This document shows, piece by piece, positions 19,021-27,837 of a stretch of 64,000 nt of DNA. The stretch is taken from NCBI GenBank assembly GCA_965261715.1, contig OZ253471.1, positions 560,763 through 624,762 on the forward strand, written 5' to 3'. Numbering within the stretch: the first letter of the stretch is position 1; the number at the start of each line of letters is the position of its first letter. This stretch comes from Dehalococcoidia bacterium. GTDB lineage: Bacteria; Chloroflexota; Dehalococcoidia; Bin125. Under the pieces are notes generated by a model, which did not search any database, was not told the origin of the DNA, and saw only the letters and a list, made by a program, of their open reading frames with translations. A program made the translations under genes and the position numbers.

Positions 19021-19173
19021 CCGTCATACCCGCGCTCCGCCGCCGGTATCTCGCTGTGCTTGGCACGAAAGTCAGGAACCTGCTGTGAGATCGAATCGGG
19101 CGCAGTTCCTCGGATGCGAGCGTCGGTGCAGCACTCGGCGAGATTGCCGCGACGGAGCGCGGCAATGACGGAG
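19021..19173. mobile_element. MITE-like element, copy A (about 153 bp)
   Basis: Left end 'CCGTCATACCCGCGCTCCGCCGCCGGTATCTCGC' and right end '...GCGAGATTGCCGCGACGGAGCGCGGCAATGACGGAG' form imperfect terminal inverted repeats of about 34 bp, each itself containing a hairpin. Three more copies are in the window. Confidence 0.6.
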
Positions 19174-19189
19174 TTGATTTGGGCATCTG

Positions 19190-19549
19190 TTAGTGCCGAG
19201 GGCCGCGCCGATTCGGATCAGGCATCGAGTCAGACAACTTGCGTGAGCCGGGCGTCTCTTCGATCACCGGCTCGAACAACCCGAGCTGGGGTGGACCCGT
19301 CAGCACGCCGGCCAGCGTGCCCTGAGCGTGACCCCTGCGGAACGCATCCGATTGCGTCCAGGCATGAAAGGCCGACACGTCTTCCCACGCCGAGTAAGAG
19401 ATGTAGTCGCCGGGTTCCGCGCCGCGGAGGAGCATGAATTGCACGAATCCCGGGACCTCCTGGAGATAGCTTTCGCGCTCTTTCCAGATCTGCTCCCACT
19501 CGGCCTCACGCTCGACAGTGACACTGAAGCGGTTCATCGCCAGATACAT
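19190..19549 (-). CDS. Antibiotic-biosynthesis-monooxygenase (ABM) domain protein
   Basis: ATG at 19549 (GAGG upstream) gives about 119 aa starting 'MYLAMNRFSVTVEREAEWEQIWKERESYLQEVPGFVQFMLLRG...YISYSAWEDVSAFHAW', a ferredoxin-like ABM pattern. The ORF track's 5' extension is Arg-rich and rejected. Confidence 0.6.
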   Translation of the reverse strand: MYLAMNRFSVTVEREAEWEQIWKERESYLQEVPGFVQFMLLRGAEPGDYISYSAWEDVSAFHAWTQSDAFRRGHAQGTLAGVLTGPPQLGLFEPVIEETPGSRKLSDSMPDPNRRGPRH

Positions 19550-19627
19550 GGTTCGCCTCAAATTCAGAAGAAATTCAAAGGGGTTGCGCCGTTCCGCGGA
19601 TCCGCCCGGCGCATAGACTGAGTCTAA

Positions 19628-19999
19628 ATGAAGCGCCGAATCCTCCTGTTCGCATTTCTCACAGCGGCGGTAGCAGTAGCGGTCCTCCTGCGGACGGCGT
19701 CTCCCAACGACGAATCCACGACAGTCGCTCAGCCCGCCCCACTCGTGGATCAAGCGACTGCTCTCGCCCTTGTCGACGATTGTGCCATCGCGCCCGAGCA
19801 GGCGCCGCAGTTGGCCTCGTCCGACGCGGCGCAGCCCATCCCTGTGTCGCCGCTCGCGGTCGCCGACATGGCCGTGTCGCGCACTGCCGATATCCGTGCC
19901 GAGACGGTCGCCCCCACGCCCGAAGCGACAGTCCCACGACCACAACGTCAGTCCCTCCGCATCACGATTCGGCCCCCTCCCGCGTCATCCTCTGCGTAA
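19628..19999 (+). CDS. Secreted hypothetical protein (signal peptide, Ala/Pro-rich)
   Basis: 'MKRRILLFAFLTAAVAVAVLL' signal-like N-terminus. No other similarity recognised. Confidence 0.35.
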   Translation: MKRRILLFAFLTAAVAVAVLLRTASPNDESTTVAQPAPLVDQATALALVDDCAIAPEQAPQLASSDAAQPIPVSPLAVADMAVSRTADIRAETVAPTPEATVPRPQRQSLRITIRPPPASSSA

Positions 20000-20056
20000 C
20001 CGCTTTCCCGGACCCTGCACGGACGAACCGTGCAGCGAAAGTGTGACTCTGTGAAG

Positions 20057-20587
20057 ATGCTCTTGCCTGTGACGGCATTGCTGGCGCTCGCGATTGGGCT
20101 CAGCGCCTGCTCGGGGACGAATTCAGCCGCCATCGACCAACTCCGAGCCGACACTGCACGCGCCACTGAGGCCGCCCAGCGAGCCCAGGTGCTGGCGGCG
20201 TTGGAGCCGCTCAATCCGCTGCAATACCACCAGCTCGACCGGATGATCCTCGAAGACCAACACATCGCCGCCGACGCCGTGATCTGGGCAACCAGGGCTC
20301 GTGAAGCGCTGGCATGGGTCGACTGGCCGCACGAGCTCCAGGACCACGTCAAGCAATACGCCGAGTGGCTTGATGCGCTGCTCGCCAGGTTCCGCGAAGA
20401 CGATGCGATCTCTGCCTCGGAGCCGTCCAAGATCGTTCACGCGCTGGCCCATACCTTCGAGGCGACGCTCGAAGCCTGGCTCAACAATGAATCCCTCCCT
20501 GCCGTTCCGGCTCTAGCCGGACTGGAGCCTCCGATGCACAGCGATAGTCATAACGACAATGGCCAAGTCGACGAACACAGCGAATAA
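20057..20587 (+). CDS. Lipoprotein, hypothetical
   Basis: 'MLLPVTALLALAIGLSACSG' shows a lipobox (LSAC). The rest is helical with no recognised domain. Confidence 0.45.
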   Translation: MLLPVTALLALAIGLSACSGTNSAAIDQLRADTARATEAAQRAQVLAALEPLNPLQYHQLDRMILEDQHIAADAVIWATRAREALAWVDWPHELQDHVKQYAEWLDALLARFREDDAISASEPSKIVHALAHTFEATLEAWLNNESLPAVPALAGLEPPMHSDSHNDNGQVDEHSE

Positions 20588-21233
20588 GTGGCGTCTGCTC
20601 GCAGCGCTCGTACTGGGAGCGGCCGCCTGCTGGTTGCTCGCGCCTAGTGCGTCGGCGCATGCCGCGTTTGAGTCGTCCAACCCGGGGTTTGCCGAAATCC
20701 TCGCGGAGTCTCCATCCGAGATCAGCGTCCGTTTCACCCAGGAGCTATTTCGTCGAGAAGGCGCGAATTCGCTCGAATTGCAACAGGTCCACGGCGATGT
20801 CGTAGACGAATGGGATCTGCCGGGAACGGAAATCAGCAACGATGATCGTCATGTGATGCGACTCACCGTTGACGTCGAGCTGCCTCCAGGTCGATATCTC
20901 GTGTCCTGGAGAAACCTGTCCGCAGAGGATGGGGATTCGGATTCCGGACTCTATCCGTTCTACGTGTCGAAAGGACCGACGGCAGAGGAGAGCGAATCGG
21001 ATCGCCAACTCGCTGCGGAGCTGCTGATCACCTATCCAGGCGACGAGGTCGAGCAATCGGAGTCTGAGGTCGCGAGTCCCACAGCACCTCCGATTGTCGT
21101 GAGAGCCGAGTCGCCGAGCGATGCGAGTCTCGGTGTTGGACCAGTTATCTGGTTCATCGTCGGCATCGTTGCCGCGCTCACACTCTTGGCGACCCTGATA
21201 CTCCACCGAATCAACCGCAGGCAAGTCGAATGA
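20559..21233 (+). CDS. CopC-domain copper-binding protein with C-terminal membrane anchor
   Basis: Signal peptide then mature N-terminal His ('ASA|HAAFESSNP'). CopC-like beta-sandwich pattern (ISVRFTQEL...YLVSWRNLSAEDGDS). C-terminal TM helix. Confidence 0.6.
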   Translation: MAKSTNTANKWRLLAALVLGAAACWLLAPSASAHAAFESSNPGFAEILAESPSEISVRFTQELFRREGANSLELQQVHGDVVDEWDLPGTEISNDDRHVMRLTVDVELPPGRYLVSWRNLSAEDGDSDSGLYPFYVSKGPTAEESESDRQLAAELLITYPGDEVEQSESEVASPTAPPIVVRAESPSDASLGVGPVIWFIVGIVAALTLLATLILHRINRRQVE

Positions 21234-22240
21234 GCCTGCGATCTGTCACGCTGTCGCTGTTCGCGCTGGCAACCCTGTTCGCGGCATGCGGCGGAGGCGG
21301 TGACACAGACGTCGAGCGACGAATCCCCGCTCCGGGGACCTTCATCTTCACGCAAGGCGTCGACCTGTGGATCCAGGACGAACAGGGCGCCCGACTCCTC
21401 ATCGCTGCCGGACAGGATCAACAGCTCCTGCAACCTGCAATCTCGCCCGACGGCACGCGCGTGGCATACATCGTCTTCCAACTGACCCAGGCTGAAGGCG
21501 CGACGATCGGCGCCGATCTTGCCATCGCGGCTCTCGACGATCCCAAACAAGAGATCGTCGTTCAACATGCGCGACAAGCAGAGTTTGTCTGGAATCCGCG
21601 CTGGACGCCCGATGGCGGATCGCTCATCTTCACACACGAACCGGGCGAGCTGCTGATCCGGGTCGCACGGCTCGATCTGCAGCGTCGCGAGGTGGAAATC
21701 GTGCGCGAAGACGCGCGAGACGCTGATATCTCGCGGGACGGCGCCATGCTCGTCTTCGTCAACGCCCCGTACAGCGGCGATCCACACCTCGTTGTGCGGG
21801 ATCTGATGGACGGCTCGGAGACCGTGCTCGATCCGGACCGGGAATGGCAACCGAGACCCTTCCGCATTCCTCGTTTCATGCCGGACGGAGACGCCGTCGT
21901 CTTCACGGCGGGACAGTTCCTGCCCCAGGTGTCCACCAAGGTTCTCGGTTTCAACGGACCTGAGGACATCTGGCTGGTCGATCTCGACACTCTCCAGCTA
22001 CTTCAGATCGCCGCGATTGGCGAGGACCAACCCGATTTCGCGCTATCCGACGACGGACGCCATGTGCTCGTGATGGGAGCATTCGGCATCTATCTCGTCG
22101 CCACAGATGCTGCCGATCCGCCCTACGCCATTGCACCGGGCGAGTTTCACGGCGGCGTCGATTGGGTCGGCAGCGTCGGTGAAGAGGAGTGGGCAAGGAT
22201 TCGCGAGTCTGTCTTCGAGGTTCAGGACTCCTCGCGATGA
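21230..22240 (+). CDS. TolB-like beta-propeller lipoprotein
   Basis: Lipobox 'LFAACGGGG'. Repeated 'SPDG/TPDG/SRDG/MPDG...V(F/Y)' PD40-type propeller blades. Its ATG overlaps the upstream stop (ATGA). Confidence 0.6.
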   Translation: MSLRSVTLSLFALATLFAACGGGGDTDVERRIPAPGTFIFTQGVDLWIQDEQGARLLIAAGQDQQLLQPAISPDGTRVAYIVFQLTQAEGATIGADLAIAALDDPKQEIVVQHARQAEFVWNPRWTPDGGSLIFTHEPGELLIRVARLDLQRREVEIVREDARDADISRDGAMLVFVNAPYSGDPHLVVRDLMDGSETVLDPDREWQPRPFRIPRFMPDGDAVVFTAGQFLPQVSTKVLGFNGPEDIWLVDLDTLQLLQIAAIGEDQPDFALSDDGRHVLVMGAFGIYLVATDAADPPYAIAPGEFHGGVDWVGSVGEEEWARIRESVFEVQDSSR

Positions 22241-24438
22241 AACGCCCGGGCTTGCTCGCTCTGGTGGCGGCGGCGTCAATCGCCGTGATGCTCGTGTTCT
22301 CCGGCCATGCCGAGGCCCACGCGCTCCTCTCGCGCGCCGACCCGCCGATCAACGCCTCGCTGCGCGAGTCGCCGACGCGGATCACCCTGTTCATGACCGA
22401 GCGACTGCAGCGCAGCCACAGCTCGGTGAGGATTCTCGATAGCTCCGCTCAGCGCCGCGAAATCGGCGAAACCGAGTTCTCCGACGCCGTGCCGACACAG
22501 ATGAGTGTCCGCGTACTGCGACTCGATCCCGGCGTCTACACCGTGGTCTGGGAGACGCTATCCGAGGTAGATGGTCATACGTGGACCGGCTCGTACGTGT
22601 TCTCGGTGCTGAATCCCGACGGATCGGCTCCCGCAGGCAGCGGCGTGACCGTCGACCTCAATCGTCCCGGCCCACCGGTTGCGGCCGACGCCGTCGTGAA
22701 GGCAGTTGGACTAACGGCCCTGGTGCTCTTTGTTGGCGCGGTGGCGATGTCGTTCATCCTGCGACCCTCGCCGCTATCGACGCTCCTGCCACTGATTGCC
22801 ACGACCGTCGTGATCGGCGTCGCAACAACAGGCTACGAAGCAATCGCGGGAGCGCTGCGTTTGGGCGACGTGGGCTTTCTCGGAGATGTCCTCTTCGACA
22901 CGCGCAATGGACTCTGGCTCCAGCAGCGCTGGTACACGCTTGTTGTCGCGGCGCTGGCGCTGAGCTTGCGCTTCATCCGTCCGGCGGCGCTCAACGACCT
23001 CAGATTGCGCTCGCTCCTGTTCGTGCTGGCTATTGTCTGGCTGGCGTCCACTTCCGCGATCTCGCACGGCGCGGCCGTCGGCTCAGGCTGGATCTGGGGC
23101 ACGCTGTTTGATGCATTGCATCTGTCAGCCGCTGCGATCTGGATCGGTGGTCTCGTCAGCCTGCTCCTGACCCTCAGAACACACCCGGACCACCGCGTTG
23201 AGATGGTCCGGCGATTCTCCATTGTGGCCGCCGCAACTGTGCCAATCCTCGCCGCGGCTGGCCTGCTCTCGGCATTGATCCAGATTCCACAGGTCGATGG
23301 CATCTTCGAGACCGATTGGGGCCTGGCGTTCCTGGTCAAGATCGGTGTCCTGATTGCGCTCTTCGCTGCCGCCGGCGCAAACGCGTTCCTGTTGCGACCC
23401 CGCGACGCTGCGTCGGACGGCCGTAACAACGTGCTCAAAGAGCGTTTCGCGCGGCTCATGCGCGTTGAAGCCGTGTTGGGTCTGGCGGTGATCGCCGCCT
23501 CCGCCGCATTGACCCAACTGCCATCGCCGGCCAGCGCTCAGCCCGATGTCGAGCAGAAGGACAACACGGTCGTCGAAACCGTGGCTCGCGGCGACATCGT
23601 CGCGTCGCTGGAGATCTCGCCCAATCTGGTCGGATTCAACACATGGACCGCGACGATCGATGGTCCGCAGGACAACCCGGTAGAAGATCTGTTGCTGCGC
23701 TTCCGCTACCAGGACCCGAGCGTCGGGCCGGTCACGGTGGCGGCTGAATCTGTTGGCGATGGACACTTCCGACTTGAGGGCGCGTACTTCGGTCTGCCCG
23801 GCGAGTGGACCATCGAGATGGAGATGCGTCGGGCGTCGGGCGACGATCTCGTCGTCGCTCTCCTGAGCGACGTGGAATCCAGCTTCCAGGCGTCGCCGTT
23901 TGCCGTCGATAGCGGTGGCGCGCTGGGATTGCCGCTGACGCAAATGGATTGGAACGGCGTCGGCGCGCTGTGGGCGTTCGTGATTGGCGGATTGGCCTGG
24001 ATCAATCGCCCTCGCCTTCGTTCCGCGTTCGGACCGCGAGCCGCCGACGGCGCGTTCGTGATGGGCTTGCTCGGCCTCATTCTGGCGGTCGTGCTGCTGA
24101 CCGGCTTGCATGTCGAGCCCGGTCGAACCTTGGCCAATCCGGTCCAGCAAACGGCCGATTCCGTGCAGCGGGGATCGGCATTGTTCGCCGCCAATTGCGT
24201 GTCCTGTCACGGAGATACCGGCGCCGGCGACGGTCCGTTGGCCGATTCCTTGCCAGCCCCTCCGGCCAACTTCACGGTGCATGTCCCATTCCATCCGGAC
24301 GGGGTGCTCTTTGCCTGGATCACGGACGGGATTCGCGGTACCGGGATGCCCGCCTGGTCACCGCAACTCTCGGACCAGGAGCGCTGGGATCTGGTCAACT
24401 TCTTGCGGGACAACTTCGATGTTCCCGTCCCTCAGTGA
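22237..24438 (+). CDS. CopC-CopD fusion with C-terminal cytochrome c domain (copper resistance/uptake)
   Basis: Signal peptide then 'A|HALLSRADPP' CopC domain. Eight or more TM helices form a CopD-like region. C-terminal 'CVSCHGDTGAGDGP' is a CxxCH heme c motif. ATG at 22237 overlaps the previous stop (ATGA). Confidence 0.8.
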   Translation: MKRPGLLALVAAASIAVMLVFSGHAEAHALLSRADPPINASLRESPTRITLFMTERLQRSHSSVRILDSSAQRREIGETEFSDAVPTQMSVRVLRLDPGVYTVVWETLSEVDGHTWTGSYVFSVLNPDGSAPAGSGVTVDLNRPGPPVAADAVVKAVGLTALVLFVGAVAMSFILRPSPLSTLLPLIATTVVIGVATTGYEAIAGALRLGDVGFLGDVLFDTRNGLWLQQRWYTLVVAALALSLRFIRPAALNDLRLRSLLFVLAIVWLASTSAISHGAAVGSGWIWGTLFDALHLSAAAIWIGGLVSLLLTLRTHPDHRVEMVRRFSIVAAATVPILAAAGLLSALIQIPQVDGIFETDWGLAFLVKIGVLIALFAAAGANAFLLRPRDAASDGRNNVLKERFARLMRVEAVLGLAVIAASAALTQLPSPASAQPDVEQKDNTVVETVARGDIVASLEISPNLVGFNTWTATIDGPQDNPVEDLLLRFRYQDPSVGPVTVAAESVGDGHFRLEGAYFGLPGEWTIEMEMRRASGDDLVVALLSDVESSFQASPFAVDSGGALGLPLTQMDWNGVGALWAFVIGGLAWINRPRLRSAFGPRAADGAFVMGLLGLILAVVLLTGLHVEPGRTLANPVQQTADSVQRGSALFAANCVSCHGDTGAGDGPLADSLPAPPANFTVHVPFHPDGVLFAWITDGIRGTGMPAWSPQLSDQERWDLVNFLRDNFDVPVPQ

Positions 24439-24527
24439 ACTCTGGCTAGCTGGTACGCTGGAGCCAACCGATCCAGACGGACGCTGCTCGAATCCTGGGC
24501 TGCGCTGTCCCCTGACAGGAACAGATC

Positions 24528-25562
24528 ATGGTCTCCGCGATTGAGAACCCGGGCCTCAACCTTGACTGGCTGAACCTCGAGACCGACGATGATTTCGATA
24601 TCCAGGTGGGACGCAAGGGCGTCACGCTGCAGTCGATCAACCAGCGCATGGCTGGCGTCGAAGGCGTTGACGAAGCGAACTGGCGCTCATTCGCGCCTCG
24701 CGGCATCGAGGCCGACCCGCGCTCCAACGCGCACGCGCGGCAGTACCGCGACAAAGGCGATGTCTGGTCCGAGTCGGCGATGCTGCTCTACGAAGAGGCG
24801 CTGCAGCGCCAGTGGTCGTCGGCCCGTGACATTCCCTGGGACACGATCGGCGACCAGCCCGACGACATCGAAAAGGCAATGTGCACCCTGTGTACGTTCC
24901 TGACTCAGGTCGAATTCATCGCCGGCGACGTCCCCGGTCGGTTCCTTGAGTCTGTGCACCCCGACTTCTTCGAGTCGCAGCTCTTCCTCGGCACCCAGTT
25001 GATGGACGAAGCCCGACACCTCGACGTCTTCCGCAAGCGCGTACTGGTCAACGGCGGCGGCATGTCGCCGGCCGGACTCGGCGCAGTCGGCCTGCTCGCG
25101 ATCGACGACTTCACCGAGATGACCACAATCCTCCACCTCTTCGCGGAGGGTCTGGTCCAGTCACTGTTCCGCATGGGTGAGCTGATTGGTCAGAACGAAG
25201 CCGAGAAGCGCATGTTCCGACTCTCCGCGCAGGACGAGTCGCGGCACCTCGCCTTTGGCGTCACGCACACCAAGTACACCGTCGAGACGCAGCCCTGGCG
25301 CAAGGAAGAACTGCACCACTACCTCGACATCAACGAGGTTGTGCAGAACACGCAGGCCGGCCTGACCACCAACCCGATCACGGGCGAGGCCCTGGCCGTG
25401 CTCGCCGGCGGTGGCATCGAGCACCTGGACGAGGGTTACAACCTCGTCATGCTGATGCGCAAGAAGCAGATCAACGAGTACTACCACCGCCTACAGGTGG
25501 TCGGCCTCGGTGACCGCCTCCACCGGATGTCGCCCGACATGCGGGCGCTGATCACCGTATAG
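24528..25562 (+). CDS. AurF-like ferritin-fold diiron oxygenase
   Basis: 344 aa containing two E...DExRH diiron motifs: 'LTQVEF...LMDEARHLDVF' and 'LFAEGLVQ...AQDESRHLAFG'. Confidence 0.7.
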   Translation: MVSAIENPGLNLDWLNLETDDDFDIQVGRKGVTLQSINQRMAGVEGVDEANWRSFAPRGIEADPRSNAHARQYRDKGDVWSESAMLLYEEALQRQWSSARDIPWDTIGDQPDDIEKAMCTLCTFLTQVEFIAGDVPGRFLESVHPDFFESQLFLGTQLMDEARHLDVFRKRVLVNGGGMSPAGLGAVGLLAIDDFTEMTTILHLFAEGLVQSLFRMGELIGQNEAEKRMFRLSAQDESRHLAFGVTHTKYTVETQPWRKEELHHYLDINEVVQNTQAGLTTNPITGEALAVLAGGGIEHLDEGYNLVMLMRKKQINEYYHRLQVVGLGDRLHRMSPDMRALITV

Positions 25563-25565
25563 CCC

Positions 25566-25661
25566 CGAACAAGCGCAGATTTGTCGGAACGTTGCCGAAC
25601 ATGTTCTGCTGAAAACCGAACAAAACCGAACAAAACCGAACAGAATCGAACGAATCTGAAC
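25566..25661 (+). repeat. Phased 10-bp direct-repeat array, (C)CGAACA unit, 8-9 copies
   Basis: 'cgaac' occurs at 25566, 25586 (ggaac), 25596, 25617, 25627, 25637, 25647 and 25657 (tgaac), a strict 10-bp period. The stretch is A/C-rich and G-poor and lies 41-136 nt upstream of the ATG at 25702. Confidence 0.7.
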
Positions 25662-25701
25662 GCGTCAAGAGCAGATCACCCCGAAGAAGACGGGAAATTC
25701 C

Positions 25702-26976
25702 ATGCCGCCTCTCTCTCCTGCCCAGAACATGCGCGCCCAGGTCCGCGGTTGGCCCGCCGAGCTGATCAAGCGGGTCGAGAACTCGAGCACCTCGGGACGC
25801 CAGATCGACAACATCCTCAACATCTCGATCGAACCGGATCGGGTCAGCAAGTGGCTTGAGTTCATCGAGAACAATCCTGAGCACCCGTTAGCGGGAGCGC
25901 AGTTCATCATGTTCGAGGACGGTGGCGAGACAGGACTCAAGCCAACGGCGTCCGAAGACGGCATGCGCCTCAGCGACGTCGACATCGGCTCCTACGGCCA
26001 CGTGCCGGATGTCTGGAAGTTCCGCAACGATCTGCCACGTGGCACTCGTCCGGTTCCCGGCATGTACATGCCCGCGGGATACGCGATTTACGACCGAGCC
26101 GAAGTCTGGGCCGAAGGCGTCTCCGACCTGTACGAAGACGCGATCCGCGACCGCTGGATTCCCGCGACTGACCTCGATTGGGATAACCGCGAAGAACTAG
26201 CGCCAGAGGTCGAACGCGCCACCGGTCAGATCTGCGCGGTCTATTCCACCTATGGCATCGCCGAGCAGAAAGTGATCTCAAAGTGGCTGGAGGAGATCTC
26301 CTACGGCTTCCACGAGGTCAAGCTGTTCCTGGCGACGCAGGTCTACGATGCCGGCCGCAAGGTCGAGGCATTGCGCAAGCGCGCGCTGCACGGCTCCGGG
26401 ATCATCGGCAAAGCGCCGCTCTCGGATGTCTCCGAAGCCTGGTACAACGCCCTGACCTTCACCGACATGATTATCGCGCTTGACGTGGTCTACAAGTCCT
26501 ACGAGTTGACCGCCTTCGAATGCGCGACCGACTGGGCTCGCTCCGACTTCGACCGCGACCTCTTCGCCCGACTCGCCGAGGACAGCAAGCGTCACCTCGA
26601 CTACGGCCTCAAGCACCTCCAGTGGTACAACCGCTACGCCGAACGAGCCGAGATGGAACTGCCGATTTTCTTTATCAAGGCTGAAGGCGGTCTCGCCTCC
26701 GAGATGGCGCAGTCGCCGCTCGAGCGCGAAGCGCTGGCCGTGCTCTACGCGGACGGCGTGGAGCGGCTCGACGCCGGCGTCGAGGGCTTGCGCAAGCTGC
26801 GCGAGAAGCAGTACCAGGATTACCTGCATCGCCTACACGAGCACGGCTTCAACCGGATCGGCGAGGTCGCGGGCATTCTTGGTCTGGCGACCCAGGACCC
26901 GCTGCTCAAGGCGCTGACTCCAGAAGCGCTGACCGAAGGCGCGGCCGCCGGTACCACGGCCACGGATCGCGACTAG
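25702..26976 (+). CDS. AurF-like diiron protein paralog with a degenerate first metal motif
   Basis: 424 aa that align with 24528..25562. The second motif is intact (LAEDSKRHLDYG) but the first is replaced (VYDAGRKVEAL, no His). Confidence 0.6.
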   Translation: MPPLSPAQNMRAQVRGWPAELIKRVENSSTSGRQIDNILNISIEPDRVSKWLEFIENNPEHPLAGAQFIMFEDGGETGLKPTASEDGMRLSDVDIGSYGHVPDVWKFRNDLPRGTRPVPGMYMPAGYAIYDRAEVWAEGVSDLYEDAIRDRWIPATDLDWDNREELAPEVERATGQICAVYSTYGIAEQKVISKWLEEISYGFHEVKLFLATQVYDAGRKVEALRKRALHGSGIIGKAPLSDVSEAWYNALTFTDMIIALDVVYKSYELTAFECATDWARSDFDRDLFARLAEDSKRHLDYGLKHLQWYNRYAERAEMELPIFFIKAEGGLASEMAQSPLEREALAVLYADGVERLDAGVEGLRKLREKQYQDYLHRLHEHGFNRIGEVAGILGLATQDPLLKALTPEALTEGAAAGTTATDRD

Positions 26977-27014
26977 CCTGGTCCGGGCGCCAGGCCTCCG
27001 CGTATCATTGCGCC

Positions 27015-27809
27015 GTGAATCAGCCCGAGATTGAGCTGAACTACGAGATCGCCGGCCCGGCCGACGGGATGCCGGTGCTGTTCGTCCACGGCATCCTGAC
27101 CTGTCGTGCGCATTGGTTGCTGAACCTTCCCGCGTTTCACGATGCGGGATACCGCAGTATCACCGTCGATCTGTTCGGTCACGGTTCCTCGCCCGCGCCG
27201 GAAGATGAGGACGCCTACCACCCCGACCGCTACATCAATCGCTTCAGCGCGCTACGAGAGTCGGTCGAGGCAGAGCGGTGGTTTGTGGTTGGACAGTCCC
27301 TCGGCGCTGCGTTGACGCTGAACTACGCCATGTCCAGGCCCGATGAGGTGATCGCACACGTGGTCACCAACTCGCACTCCGCATTCGGTGAACCGAACCG
27401 AATCGGCAACCCGGAAGCAGCGCGGGAGCGCGCCCAAATGATGATCGACGGCGGCATCGACGCCGTCATGAAGCATCCACTCAATCCGCGTCGGGCCAGG
27501 GCGTTCGATGCCCAGCGTCGGCTGCAGTTCGACGACGCCATGTTGCTCAGCACACCAATCGGCATCGCTCGGACGATGCTGCACACATCGCCGTACACAC
27601 CGTTGCGACATCGACTACCGTCGAATCCGGTGGACACGCTCCTGGTCGCCGGCGATCGCGAAGAAGCATTCATGCCGGCGCGCGAGTGGGTTGAGGCAAA
27701 CGCCGCAAACTTCCGTGTCGAGCGAGTGTCGGCGACCCATGCGGTCAACATCAGCGCCGCCGACGATTTCAATCGAATTTCCTTAGAATTCTTGGGTGAG
27801 TACATGTAA
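27015..27809 (+). CDS. Alpha/beta-fold hydrolase
   Basis: 264 aa. 'PVLFVHGIL' oxyanion region and nucleophile elbow 'VVGQSLGAAL' (GxSxG). Confidence 0.75.
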   Translation: MNQPEIELNYEIAGPADGMPVLFVHGILTCRAHWLLNLPAFHDAGYRSITVDLFGHGSSPAPEDEDAYHPDRYINRFSALRESVEAERWFVVGQSLGAALTLNYAMSRPDEVIAHVVTNSHSAFGEPNRIGNPEAARERAQMMIDGGIDAVMKHPLNPRRARAFDAQRRLQFDDAMLLSTPIGIARTMLHTSPYTPLRHRLPSNPVDTLLVAGDREEAFMPAREWVEANAANFRVERVSATHAVNISAADDFNRISLEFLGEYM

Positions 27810-27837
27810 CTGAGCGGCGGGGCTGGAAGGTGGACGC

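Noticed and set aside
18922-19437. ORFs translating through the MITE copies ('...SYPRSAAGIS...SARLPRRSAAMTE...'), appearing conserved at all four loci.
   Set aside because: The apparent conservation is caused by the conserved terminal inverted repeats of a non-coding repeat. The frames differ in length and context at each locus.
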